Position numbers and translations under genes: made by a program. A stretch of 64,000 nt of DNA from Oscillospiraceae bacterium (lineage in GTDB: Bacteria; Bacillota; Clostridia; UBA1212; UBA1255): contig SVJB01000007.1 in the NCBI GenBank assembly GCA_015069185.1, positions 4,524 through 68,523 of the forward strand, read 5' to 3'. A model generated the notes under the pieces. It ran no database searches. It had not been told where the DNA came from and saw only the letters and a list, made by a program, of their open reading frames with translations. Positions 56,389 to 64,000 of this stretch are shown piece after piece; the first letter of the stretch is position 1; every line of letters starts with the position of its first letter.

Positions 56389-56589
56389 TCAAACTGCTCT
56401 TGTTACTTTGCCGGATCTTAGACAGGAAGTACATACATGAGCATAGCGAGGAGTCCCGTTAACAACGATTTTTACCTTCCTGACATTCGGTTTCCAATTT
56501 CTCTTTGCACGTCTACTTACCTGTGAACGAGTAATGCTGATGTGGCGACCAAACATCATATCTTTTGAACAAAATTCACATCTTGCCAT
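56389..56589 (-). CDS. rpmB: 50S ribosomal protein L28
   Basis: 66 aa. MARCEFCSKDMMFGRHISITRSQVSRRAKRNWKPNVRKV... is a full-length L28 signature. Confidence 0.9.
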   Translation of the reverse strand: MARCEFCSKDMMFGRHISITRSQVSRRAKRNWKPNVRKVKIVVNGTPRYAHVCTSCLRSGKVTRAV

Positions 56590-56629
56590 TTAAACACACC
56601 TCCTTGAGTTCTAATAAACAGCAACGGCT

Positions 56630-56658
56630 ATTGTATCATACGTTATTACAAAGTGCAA
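56630..56658 (-). promoter_or_regulatory. SigA-type promoter of rpmB
   Basis: Minus strand: TTGCAC (56653-56658), 17 nt spacer, TACAAT (56630-56635). Confidence 0.55.
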
Positions 56659-56709
56659 ATATTTTTTTCACCGATTTTATATAAATTTCAGAAAGATAAA
56701 TAGTAACCA

Positions 56710-57939
56710 TTATATCAACCAAATTGGGACTATGAGGTTATCTCTGTCAAAGGCGGAAAGACAGTCGCTCATGCAGAGCACGGCAGCTGTGCCAAGCACC
56801 AGTGGCGATTTATCGATAATATTAAAAGTCTTTGTGATTCTTTTATCGGGGTTAGCCGTTTTCTTGATTTCCAACGGACACAATTTACCATCTCCTTCAA
56901 TGATAACATCAATCTCTCTTGCATCGCGGTCACGATAATAATTGAGATAAGGTTCTTTACCTGCATTTTGATAACTTTTCATAATTTCGGATACAGTAAA
57001 GTTTTCAAGTAACGCGCCACTCATTGCGCCGCTTTCTGCGACTTCGGGCGAAGACCATTTTGTAAGATAGCAGATGAGACCTGTATCATAAAAATATAAT
57101 TTTGGCGTTTTAATCGTGCGTTTTAGGACATTGTTGGAATATGGATGCAGAAGAAAGATAATTCCCAATGTTTCAAGTATCTGAAGCCATGCCTTTGCCG
57201 TAACCTGATCGATATCTGCATCTTCCGCCATGGCTTTGTAGTTAACAAGCTGTGATGCACGAGCGGCAACCGAGGTGATAAATCTTGTAAACTTTAAAAC
57301 ATCAATTGCTCCAGAGAGCTCGCGAACGTCACGCTCGATGTAGGTGGCTAAATAAGAGGAATAGTACATATTTCTGTCGGTGTACGCTCCGCTTGCGAGA
57401 CCGGGCATACAGCCGTTCCATATGCGCTCATACATTTGGGGAGTGGTAAGCACTTGGATGTGTTTGCTATCCTCGACAAGTGCATCAAAATCAGTGGTAA
57501 AGGGATGAGGTGCTGCACCAATAATTTCTCTTTGAGATAAAGGAGACATATGCAGAAGCGCAACACGACCTGCCAGTGATTCCTGAACACCTTTCATCAG
57601 ACTGAAAACTTGCGAACCTGTCAACCAAAAATCGCCAGGGTTATGATGTGTGTCTACATGAATTTTTATATATGTGAACAGCTCCGGTGCATACTGAACC
57701 TCATCGATAATAATCGGCGGCTTGTGAAGCTGCAAGAACATTTTAGGATCGTTTTTTGCCATTTCTCTTACAGTTAAATCGTCAAGAGAAATGTATCCTC
57801 GGCCGATATTTTCTTTTTCGGCAAGTTTTTTAAGCATCGTAGATTTACCAGACTGACGCGGACCGGTAAGCAAAATTGCCGACCAAGTTTTTGAAAGTTC
57901 TGTTATATGCCGTTCCATATGTCGATTAATATATCTCAT
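56710..57939 (-). CDS. AAA-type ATPase with C-terminal DUF4143-like domain
   Basis: Walker A GPRQSGKST and Walker B IIIDEVQ. ~409 aa; this is the common 'ATPase + DUF4143' architecture. ATG 57939 is preferred. Confidence 0.7.
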   Translation of the reverse strand: MRYINRHMERHITELSKTWSAILLTGPRQSGKSTMLKKLAEKENIGRGYISLDDLTVREMAKNDPKMFLQLHKPPIIIDEVQYAPELFTYIKIHVDTHHNPGDFWLTGSQVFSLMKGVQESLAGRVALLHMSPLSQREIIGAAPHPFTTDFDALVEDSKHIQVLTTPQMYERIWNGCMPGLASGAYTDRNMYYSSYLATYIERDVRELSGAIDVLKFTRFITSVAARASQLVNYKAMAEDADIDQVTAKAWLQILETLGIIFLLHPYSNNVLKRTIKTPKLYFYDTGLICYLTKWSSPEVAESGAMSGALLENFTVSEIMKSYQNAGKEPYLNYYRDRDAREIDVIIEGDGKLCPLEIKKTANPDKRITKTFNIIDKSPLVLGTAAVLCMSDCLSAFDRDNLIVPIWLI

Positions 57940-58000
57940 AATACACCTCATCAGAGTATAATTTCTCGTCTGCATTATATATTATTATATGTTTAAAAGC

Positions 58001-58050
58001 AATAAAAATCTCGGCTAAAATATGTAAGCTTCACATTTCAGCCGAGATTT
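58001..58050 (-). terminator. Rho-independent terminator ~110 nt downstream of the 895-aa fusion ORF
   Basis: Minus strand: AAATCTCGGCT, 23-nt loop, AGCCGAGATTT, then TTTATTGC. Arms at 58006-58016 and 58040-58050. Confidence 0.7.
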
Positions 58051-58161
58051 TCCGAAAAGACGCATTAAACGAGAAAAAGAATATAGTTGATTCTATTTGA
58101 AAAATTCGTTAATTATAGCTATCTTTTCGACACGTCGTTGACCATATACTATAATAAACTG

Positions 58162-60849
58162 TCAACATGTTTTACGATTATTATAGATTCTCTTTCTTAG
58201 TTCCTCTACAAAATATACATAATCCTTGTATGATATCTCAGGATTTATGAGGTGATCCAAAGCCGGATAGTATCCCGGTTTGCCAAGAAGTGGCTCGATT
58301 CTATCTAATTCTCTGTCAATTGCTTCTTTGCCTTTTGCAATTTCCATTTTATCTATACCGCCCATCAGTGACATATTAGGAAATCGCTTACGTAACTCTA
58401 CTACATCGTTGCCTGCTGCAACTTCAAACGGCATCATCATGTTAATACCCGCCTCTGCAAACAAGGGTATCAGGTCATCACAAATACCGTCTGTATCAAC
58501 AGCAATTACCGCAATATTATGTTTCTTGGCAAAATCACATATTTTTTTATAGTTTGGCAACATAAACTCTCGTACCATATCAGGAGATATAATCGATCCG
58601 GATTTGCCTGACATATCTTCCCAAATATGAATAATATCCACATCAATATATTGTACAATCTTTTCATATAATTTTAACCAGAAATCTGTTATGTAATCCA
58701 TCATTTCATGTATGAGCTCCGGCTCATCATAAAACATATAACACAGTTCTTCTACTCCTATCATATCTCTTAATGTGCCAAACAAACCATAAGGATATGC
58801 GCCAATCTGAACAGGAGCATCCATCTCTTTCACAGCCTTTACATAATCATAAAAGAAAGGTGTGAAACGCTCCTCTATATCCGGATTAAGTCTCTCGTCT
58901 CTAATTTTCTCCCAGTCCTCACGGCACGTAACAGCCGGTTTTAATATTTTAGGTATAGCGCTTTTTCCTTTCATACCTTGTAATATAGAGCCATGCATAT
59001 CCTGATATATAATATGTCTATCTGTTTCTTCTAACACTTTATATTCAAAAGCCGGATAATAAAACATATATACCGGACCACTTATAATTTGTATCCCTTG
59101 ATCAAAGCCAAATTCGGCAGCACACCATGCTCCGGGGTCTTCAATGCCATCTTCCTGTTTCCATCTCTCAATAGTCTCTCCCCATGGGCCGAAATAAAAC
59201 ATAAATGGTGTCCTATCAATGTCCTTGCCTATTGCACAATTTCTGAATCTTTCTTTGTTTGTCATTATATTCATTCCTTCCCTTTTTGTTTTTAACAAAA
59301 ATTCTTTTGCTGCCTGCGCCGCCGAAGCAGCATCTTTTGTATAACAATCTGCTCCGATCTCGTCTGCAAACTCCTGAGTCACCGGTGCGCCTCCTACCAT
59401 AATATATACCTGTTCCCGCAGCCCGGCTTCCGTCAGGGCATCAATAATTTCCTTCTGTCCTATCCTTGTTGTTGTAAGCAGCGCCGACGCACAAACAAGT
59501 TGAGCATCATGCTTCTTAACGGCAGATACAACCTCCTGCGGATCTACATCCACTCCCAAGTCAATACATCTTATATTCTGGGCTTCCAGCATGATTTTCA
59601 CAAGATTTTTACCTATATCATGCATATCTCCTTTGACTGTACATATAACAGCAGTGCCAATAGGTGTGCTTAATTCTGTGAAAACTGACGTTTTCAGTTG
59701 TTGAATTCCTTTGTTCATCGCTCTTGCTGCTACTAAAACCTCGGGAACAAACACTTTATTTTCACGAAATCTAGCTCCGATAATATTCATACCTGCAATG
59801 AGACCTTCATTAATAATAGTCTCCGGTTGCAAACCTACATCCAAAGCAGCCTCTATCGAAGAAATAATCTCATTTGTTTTTCCTCTTTGAAGGTTTTCAG
59901 ATATGGTTAGTAAAATGTCATTCTGTACTTTTTTTCTGTTGTTTGCGGTAAGTAATTGTTCTCTGTATCTTTGTGGTGTCACACCGTAAATCTTCTTAAA
60001 TTGCCTATAAAAAGTGGGAATATCTTTATATCCGCATTGCTCTGCAATGTTTTCATTAGACATCTGTGTATTCTGCATTAGATATATCGCTCTTTTGAAG
60101 CGGCTATTTCTCACATAATCTGAGAAATGTTCACCCATTATATTATAAAACTTACGACTTAATGATGCTTTGCTTATATATAATTCATCAGCTGTTTTTT
60201 GCATTGAGAAGGCAGGATCATTGTAATTATTATTGATATATTGTATGACACGTGAAACAATTTGCTCTTCCTCTGACATCTCCATATACGACACTGTTTC
60301 ATTGTTTTCAGCCAATCTCTTGGCATAAATAAGTAACATCATCATTTTAGATATTACTATTGTTTTCCATTCGCTTTTTTTCTTAACTTGTTCGTCCTGG
60401 ATATCATTATAGAAATCTTCTATTATTTTTTGCTGTTTTAAGTCAAGTTTAATATTTACTGCGAAATTATTACTGGAAAATAAATTGAATAAGAATCTTC
60501 TATTTCCAATTTCTGCTAATTCACCTATAAGTATATCATTAATATCAAATATTATATTTGACACCGTTACTGATTGGTCTTTATCCTTGGCAAACCATCC
60601 GTGCGGCACAGCAATATTCAGGATACTAAGACTACCCTTCTTACATGAGTATATTTTGTTCCAAATACGATGCAAGCCTGCACCCTCTGTAACATAACAG
60701 ATTTCTATATATCTGTGCTGAGATAAATCAAACAACGAGACTTCGTCAGAATATACCTTGTCATATCTAATGGTACCCAAAGAAACTAAATCTTTGACTT
60801 CTTTCTTTTCTTTATCTGTGTTTCGGATATTATCTGTCTCGTGTCTCAC
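58162..60849 (-). CDS. Tri-domain fusion protein: AraC-type regulator (cupin + HTH) / cobalamin-binding domain / URO-D (MtaA/CmuA-like) methyltransferase-type domain
   Basis: Continuous 895 codons. AraC HTH at aa ~195-297. B12 signature D408xH410xxG413-x41-S455xL457-x28-G486G487 (DMHDIG at 59611-59628). URO-D-like part starts at M526/M529 (MTNKERF...DRTP). Confidence 0.75.
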   Translation of the reverse strand: MRHETDNIRNTDKEKKEVKDLVSLGTIRYDKVYSDEVSLFDLSQHRYIEICYVTEGAGLHRIWNKIYSCKKGSLSILNIAVPHGWFAKDKDQSVTVSNIIFDINDILIGELAEIGNRRFLFNLFSSNNFAVNIKLDLKQQKIIEDFYNDIQDEQVKKKSEWKTIVISKMMMLLIYAKRLAENNETVSYMEMSEEEQIVSRVIQYINNNYNDPAFSMQKTADELYISKASLSRKFYNIMGEHFSDYVRNSRFKRAIYLMQNTQMSNENIAEQCGYKDIPTFYRQFKKIYGVTPQRYREQLLTANNRKKVQNDILLTISENLQRGKTNEIISSIEAALDVGLQPETIINEGLIAGMNIIGARFRENKVFVPEVLVAARAMNKGIQQLKTSVFTELSTPIGTAVICTVKGDMHDIGKNLVKIMLEAQNIRCIDLGVDVDPQEVVSAVKKHDAQLVCASALLTTTRIGQKEIIDALTEAGLREQVYIMVGGAPVTQEFADEIGADCYTKDAASAAQAAKEFLLKTKREGMNIMTNKERFRNCAIGKDIDRTPFMFYFGPWGETIERWKQEDGIEDPGAWCAAEFGFDQGIQIISGPVYMFYYPAFEYKVLEETDRHIIYQDMHGSILQGMKGKSAIPKILKPAVTCREDWEKIRDERLNPDIEERFTPFFYDYVKAVKEMDAPVQIGAYPYGLFGTLRDMIGVEELCYMFYDEPELIHEMMDYITDFWLKLYEKIVQYIDVDIIHIWEDMSGKSGSIISPDMVREFMLPNYKKICDFAKKHNIAVIAVDTDGICDDLIPLFAEAGINMMMPFEVAAGNDVVELRKRFPNMSLMGGIDKMEIAKGKEAIDRELDRIEPLLGKPGYYPALDHLINPEISYKDYVYFVEELRKRIYNNRKTC

Positions 60850-60979
60850 ATTTAACTAGCTTTCATTTTTCATTGTTTATCAGTTAGATTTTAGTATATA
60901 CGAGATTGGTGTACAATTGCTTTTGTTTTTTCTTGTGCAGGTTTTCTTTTTGTTTTTGGAACAAAACCACATCTGAAGC

Positions 60980-61885
60980 TTATTGTTTTCCTTCAAAATA
61001 CTGTTCTATTCCGTTTAACATGCCTTGGACCAGCTTATCCTGATATTTTTCTGTACCGAGCAATGCGTCCTCTGCTGCATTAGACATATATCCAACCTCA
61101 ACAATAGTAACCGGTACAGTACACCAGTTAATACCACTCATTGTATCTGTTTCCCACACATGAATCTTCTGAGCTCCGGTGGCCGCTACTAATTCATCAA
61201 GCATTGCAACAGAAAGTGCTTTGCTATCTTCATATATTTCAGAATTATATGGATTATTTTTCTTAGGACAAACAGTTAATATACCATTTTTTTCTTTATC
61301 GGTAGAACCATTTGCATGAATTCTTATGAAAGCATCCGCTCCCGCTTCGTTAGCAACCGCAGCTCGCTCTGCGTTACTTATATCAACATTATGCGTTGTC
61401 CTTATCATCAGAACTTTATATCCTTTAGCTTCCAATTGTGTTTGTAACTTGAGAGCTAGTATAAGATTAAGTTCGTATTCTGCTAGTCCTGAGACCTCAC
61501 CGCTGGTGCCACTTGTTACCTTTGCCTTTGTTTCTGAAGCCCCGGGCCCAATAGGTTCTTTGTCGTAATTTCCTTTTTTCTGATGACCTGCGTCGATAAC
61601 AACCAACAACGGCTCCGGCGTGGGTGTCGGCGTTGGTGTGGGTGTTGGTGTTGGAGTGGGTGTAGGTGTGGGTGTTGGCGTTGGAGTGGGTGTAGGTGTG
61701 GGTGTTGGCGTTGGTGTTGGTTCGTTAGTTGCGCCAGGTGTTGCACAAGTTGTTTCTGTCGGTGTTACAGTAAACTCCGGCTTTGCAGTTTTCATTGTTT
61801 CATCACTCTCGCTACAGCCAACAATACTACTAAATAATATAATTAAAAGAAGAAAAAAAATGCATTTTCTGCTTATTTTCCACAC
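60980..61885 (-). CDS. N-acetylmuramoyl-L-alanine amidase (Amidase_3) lipoprotein with (TP)n linker
   Basis: Lipobox SIVGC and a (PT)~22 linker. [15 protein letters not shown] and EVGYMSN zinc-site motifs. GTG start at 61885. Confidence 0.8.
   Translation of the reverse strand: MWKISRKCIFFLLLIILFSSIVGCSESDETMKTAKPEFTVTPTETTCATPGATNEPTPTPTPTPTPTPTPTPTPTPTPTPTPTPTPTPTPEPLLVVIDAGHQKKGNYDKEPIGPGASETKAKVTSGTSGEVSGLAEYELNLILALKLQTQLEAKGYKVLMIRTTHNVDISNAERAAVANEAGADAFIRIHANGSTDKEKNGILTVCPKKNNPYNSEIYEDSKALSVAMLDELVAATGAQKIHVWETDTMSGINWCTVPVTIVEVGYMSNAAEDALLGTEKYQDKLVQGMLNGIEQYFEGKQ
61616..61720 (-). repeat. Coding hexanucleotide (GGTGTN)n repeat with a perfect 30-bp tandem duplication, encoding (Thr-Pro)n
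   Basis: ttggagtgggtgtaggtgtgggtgttggcg occurs at 61651-61680 and again at 61681-61710. The flanking sequence is the same hexamer register. Confidence 0.9.
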
Positions 61886-61917
61886 AAGATATCACCCATT
61901 AATTAATATTTTATAAC

Positions 61918-61946
61918 GTTATAAATTATTTATGATTTTTTGTCAA
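61918..61946 (-). promoter_or_regulatory. SigA-type promoter of the amidase gene
   Basis: Minus strand: TTGACA (61941-61946), 17 nt spacer, TATAAC (61918-61923). Confidence 0.5.
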
Positions 61947-61959
61947 GCACTGAAATTTA

Positions 61960-62481
61960 TTATTTAACTTTTTTAGGGCAGGTATCACAATTTCCATCAC
62001 AACTACTAAAGTGACCCAACAACTTTTCACAGCCTTTGCAGAACAAAATATTATTAAATGCTTCCGGTGAGAAGGTGCGCTCTTCTTCAAATTCAATATA
62101 ATCAATCGCATATTGAAAAACTGTATAAATAATCTGTGTGTTAGTATGCTTTTGCTTCGGGAAAGTGTATTTACGACCTAATATAGTTATTTCTTTTCCC
62201 GCATCGGCAGTCTGCCACATATTATTGATGGCAACCCGAATGCTTTTCTCTACATTCTCAATTGTAATGGAAAGTCTCTTTCCAATGTCTATATACAATG
62301 CTTTTGGGATTATCTCCTTTATATCCACGGATGAATAATCCACGTCTGGATCCAATGATTCTATAAATAAAACAACTGCTTCTCTGATGTAAAAATATCC
62401 TTTATAACTAGGTTTTATACCTAATTCTAATAATATATAATTTATTGCGCGATATAACTTAGGTCTATTCAAGCTTTTCAT
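61960..62481 (-). CDS. Orphan Spo0A C-terminal (Spo0A_C) DNA-binding domain protein with Cys-rich tail; no receiver domain
   Basis: ELGIKPSYKGYFYIREAV aligns with Spo0A EIGVPAHIKGYLYLREAI. IPKALYIDIGKRLSITIENVEKSIRVAINNMW aligns with [32 protein letters not shown]. Tail CKGCEKLLGHFSSCDGNCDTCP. ATG 62481 is preferred. Confidence 0.75.
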   Translation of the reverse strand: MKSLNRPKLYRAINYILLELGIKPSYKGYFYIREAVVLFIESLDPDVDYSSVDIKEIIPKALYIDIGKRLSITIENVEKSIRVAINNMWQTADAGKEITILGRKYTFPKQKHTNTQIIYTVFQYAIDYIEFEEERTFSPEAFNNILFCKGCEKLLGHFSSCDGNCDTCPKKVK

Positions 62482-62485
62482 ATAT

Positions 62486-62788
62486 CTATTCCGCAACACG
62501 AGATGTATAAAAATTAATTTCCGGAAGTGGAAGCTGTATATCTCCCAGCAAGAATTCAACAGGTACTCTTAATGCATCGGCAAACACAACAAGTTCTATA
62601 TCAGAAACCATTCTTATACCCAACTCAATACGATTAACGGTAAGCCGATCGAGCATCAGACCTCTCGACTGTAATCTGGCAGCCAATTCATTTTGAGTAA
62701 TTCTAAGATGGTTCTTACTATATTTACCAAGACGAACATATCGGATTCTCTCTCCACATATATTTTTCTTGCCCCTTGCTTGTTTCAA
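62486..62788 (-). CDS. XRE-family HTH transcriptional regulator
   Basis: ITQNELAARLQSRGLMLDRLTVNRIE HTH_3 pattern. TTG start with AGGAGG 8 nt upstream. The stop lies 4 nt before the next ATG. Confidence 0.7.
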   Translation of the reverse strand: MKQARGKKNICGERIRYVRLGKYSKNHLRITQNELAARLQSRGLMLDRLTVNRIELGIRMVSDIELVVFADALRVPVEFLLGDIQLPLPEINFYTSRVAE

Positions 62789-62891
62789 CTACACAACCTC
62801 CTGTTTGAGGCTATTATGCAATAAACAAAAAGTCAAAAAGTTCTAATTGTGAACTTTTAACATTGGGGCCTTAAATCATGCTAAGATTTTA

Positions 62892-64000
62892 TTATTTTTT
62901 TCTTTTCTTGAATAATCCAATAAATTTTTTTATTAAAGTCGGTTTTTGTCCATATTCTGTATGTGTTAAATACTCACCTCTGGCCGATTCCGGTAACAGA
63001 CCATTTTCAATTTTATTATTAATTTTGTTTTTCACATAAGTATCATAGAAAAGGATCTTGATTATCGCGGCAAAGACGTCACCAAGAATCAATCCGGGTA
63101 AGCCAAATAAGCCACCGCAGATACATAATCCGATAAGAACCAACAAAGGGCTAATACCTATCTGACCTCCAACAATGTTTGGCGTGAGAATTGTATTATC
63201 AATAACCTGCATTATAAGTACGCAGATAAGAGCTGTGATTCCCGCAGGTAAACCTTGAGATAAGCTAAGTAATACGACCAATATACCGCCAATCCAAGGC
63301 CCGATATATGGAATCATATTTGTTATTCCCAGGATTACAGCGAACAAAATAGCATAATCCAATCCTGCAATCAGGAATATAATATAAGAAACAAACAAAA
63401 CGATTATTGCCTGTAATAGCTTTCCTGCAAAATACTGTGTAAAGACTACATTGATTTTCTTTGAGTTATGAAAAATCTTCTTGCTTGTATTTTCAGAAAA
63501 CAGGCCAATTGTAATTGTTTTCAGCGCCTTTATAACATTATCTTTTTCCAGAAGCATATAGAAAGAAACCATGATTCCCATAAACATATTAAATATACCT
63601 GAAAATGTTGTCGAGAACAGGGATGTAATAATAGATGTTACTTTGCCGGAATCAATGTAGGACACCAGAGTCTTTTCGATTTTAGTAATGCTATTTGCTA
63701 TAGCTTGTATCGCAGCCTCCGGTAAATCAAACTTTCCATTGTGCATTACATCATCATACAGAGCCAGAAGCTTATCAAACGCGCCCGGTAAATTCTTGGC
63801 AAGAGAAGAAACTGTATCAATCAAGGTGGGTATTAGAGCAAACAAAAGCAAAGCAACTACTGCAATAAGAGTTATGTAAGCAATGGCAATGCTGATAATC
63901 CTCTTTGCCTTAATATTTTTCATTTTCCTGAATACGCGATTTTCCCATATTTTCATATAAGCATTCAGGATAAAAGCAATTATAAATCCTACCAACAGAT
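62892..64000 (-). CDS. AI-2E family transporter (PerM-like), N-terminus outside window
   Basis: ITNMIPYIGPWIGG motif and multiple TM helices. The frame is still open at the window edge; the ORF-track 'M' at 63995 is an internal TTG. Confidence 0.7.
   Translation of the reverse strand, partial: LLVGFIIAFILNAYMKIWENRVFRKMKNIKAKRIISIAIAYITLIAVVALLLFALIPTLIDTVSSLAKNLPGAFDKLLALYDDVMHNGKFDLPEAAIQAIANSITKIEKTLVSYIDSGKVTSIITSLFSTTFSGIFNMFMGIMVSFYMLLEKDNVIKALKTITIGLFSENTSKKIFHNSKKINVVFTQYFAGKLLQAIIVLFVSYIIFLIAGLDYAILFAVILGITNMIPYIGPWIGGILVVLLSLSQGLPAGITALICVLIMQVIDNTILTPNIVGGQIGISPLLVLIGLCICGGLFGLPGLILGDVFAAIIKILFYDTYVKNKINNKIENGLLPESARGEYLTHTEYGQKPTLIKKFIGLFKKRKK

Noticed and set aside
58051-58161. 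110-nt gap between the fusion-ORF stop and its terminator; looked for a small gene or promoter (TTGACA at ~58150 on the minus strand)
   Set aside because: There is no properly spaced -10 element and no ORF with an SD. It is most simply a 3' UTR.
61620-61916. ORF beginning [10 protein letters not shown]... on the plus strand
   Set aside because: It is the reverse-complement reading of the (Thr-Pro)n linker of the amidase gene and has no independent support.
61960-62788. Considered XRE + Spo0A_C as a prophage lysogeny module
   Set aside because: No other phage-like genes are adjacent; the neighbours are an amidase with a lipoprotein signal and an AI-2E transporter. I keep it as a chromosomal regulatory pair, but a degraded element cannot be excluded.

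Overview
Dense, low-GC chromosomal window that looks like Firmicutes/Clostridia, probably a Lachnospiraceae-type gut anaerobe. That placement is an inference from gene content: two [FeFe]-hydrogenase paralogs, a Spo0A_C-domain protein, BspA-type LRR lipoproteins and strong AGGAGG Shine-Dalgarno sites. I call about 55 protein genes, mostly on the minus strand. Many are translationally coupled by 1-4 nt overlaps (ATGA/GTGA/TTGA). I recognised no rRNA, tRNA, CRISPR array, transposase or integrase. All family assignments come from motif reading by eye, not database searches.

Main blocks:
- 1-5.4 kb: DUF4097-like, YgjP-like, and a large zinc-ribbon/TM/clan-CD-like surface protein.
- 5.4-15.4 kb: one ~10 kb operon, pepF -> beta-helix protein -> two lectin-fused GT-C glycosyltransferases -> GT2 -> TtcA -> DUF2156-like.
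- 15.4-16.0 kb: phd/doc toxin-antitoxin pair.
- 16.1-26.7 kb: a fermentation/redox block with Fe-ADH, LysR, a small protein-kinase-like (PKL) kinase, two mini [2Fe-2S] proteins, a PAS-fused sensory [FeFe] hydrogenase, a PP2C phosphatase, ldh, a catalytic-type hydrogenase and malQ.
- 26.8-36.7 kb: an eight-gene Dlt-like operon. It has a transglutaminase/Ig protein, an adenylating enzyme, a carrier protein, a frameshifted MBOAT, an SGNH-like protein, a lipoprotein, an Asp/Glu-type racemase and a large polytopic membrane protein.
- 36.7-45.9 kb: pheS-pheT-unknown-metG-YesL-DUF4846.
- 46-48.5 kb: two tandem LRR lipoproteins.
- 48.6-51.4 kb: CE4 deacetylase and an ABC exporter.
- 51.4-56.1 kb: three-gene surface operon with discoidin domains.
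- 56.4-64 kb: rpmB, an AAA ATPase, the fusion ORF below, an amidase, an XRE plus orphan Spo0A_C pair, and an AI-2E transporter.

The candidate most worth follow-up is an 895-aa single ORF (58162-60849) that fuses an AraC-type regulator, a canonical cobalamin-binding domain and a URO-D/MtaA-like methyltransferase domain. The racemase-linked Dlt-like operon, the H2-sensor/ldh/hydrogenase operon and the lectin-fused GT-C pair rank next.
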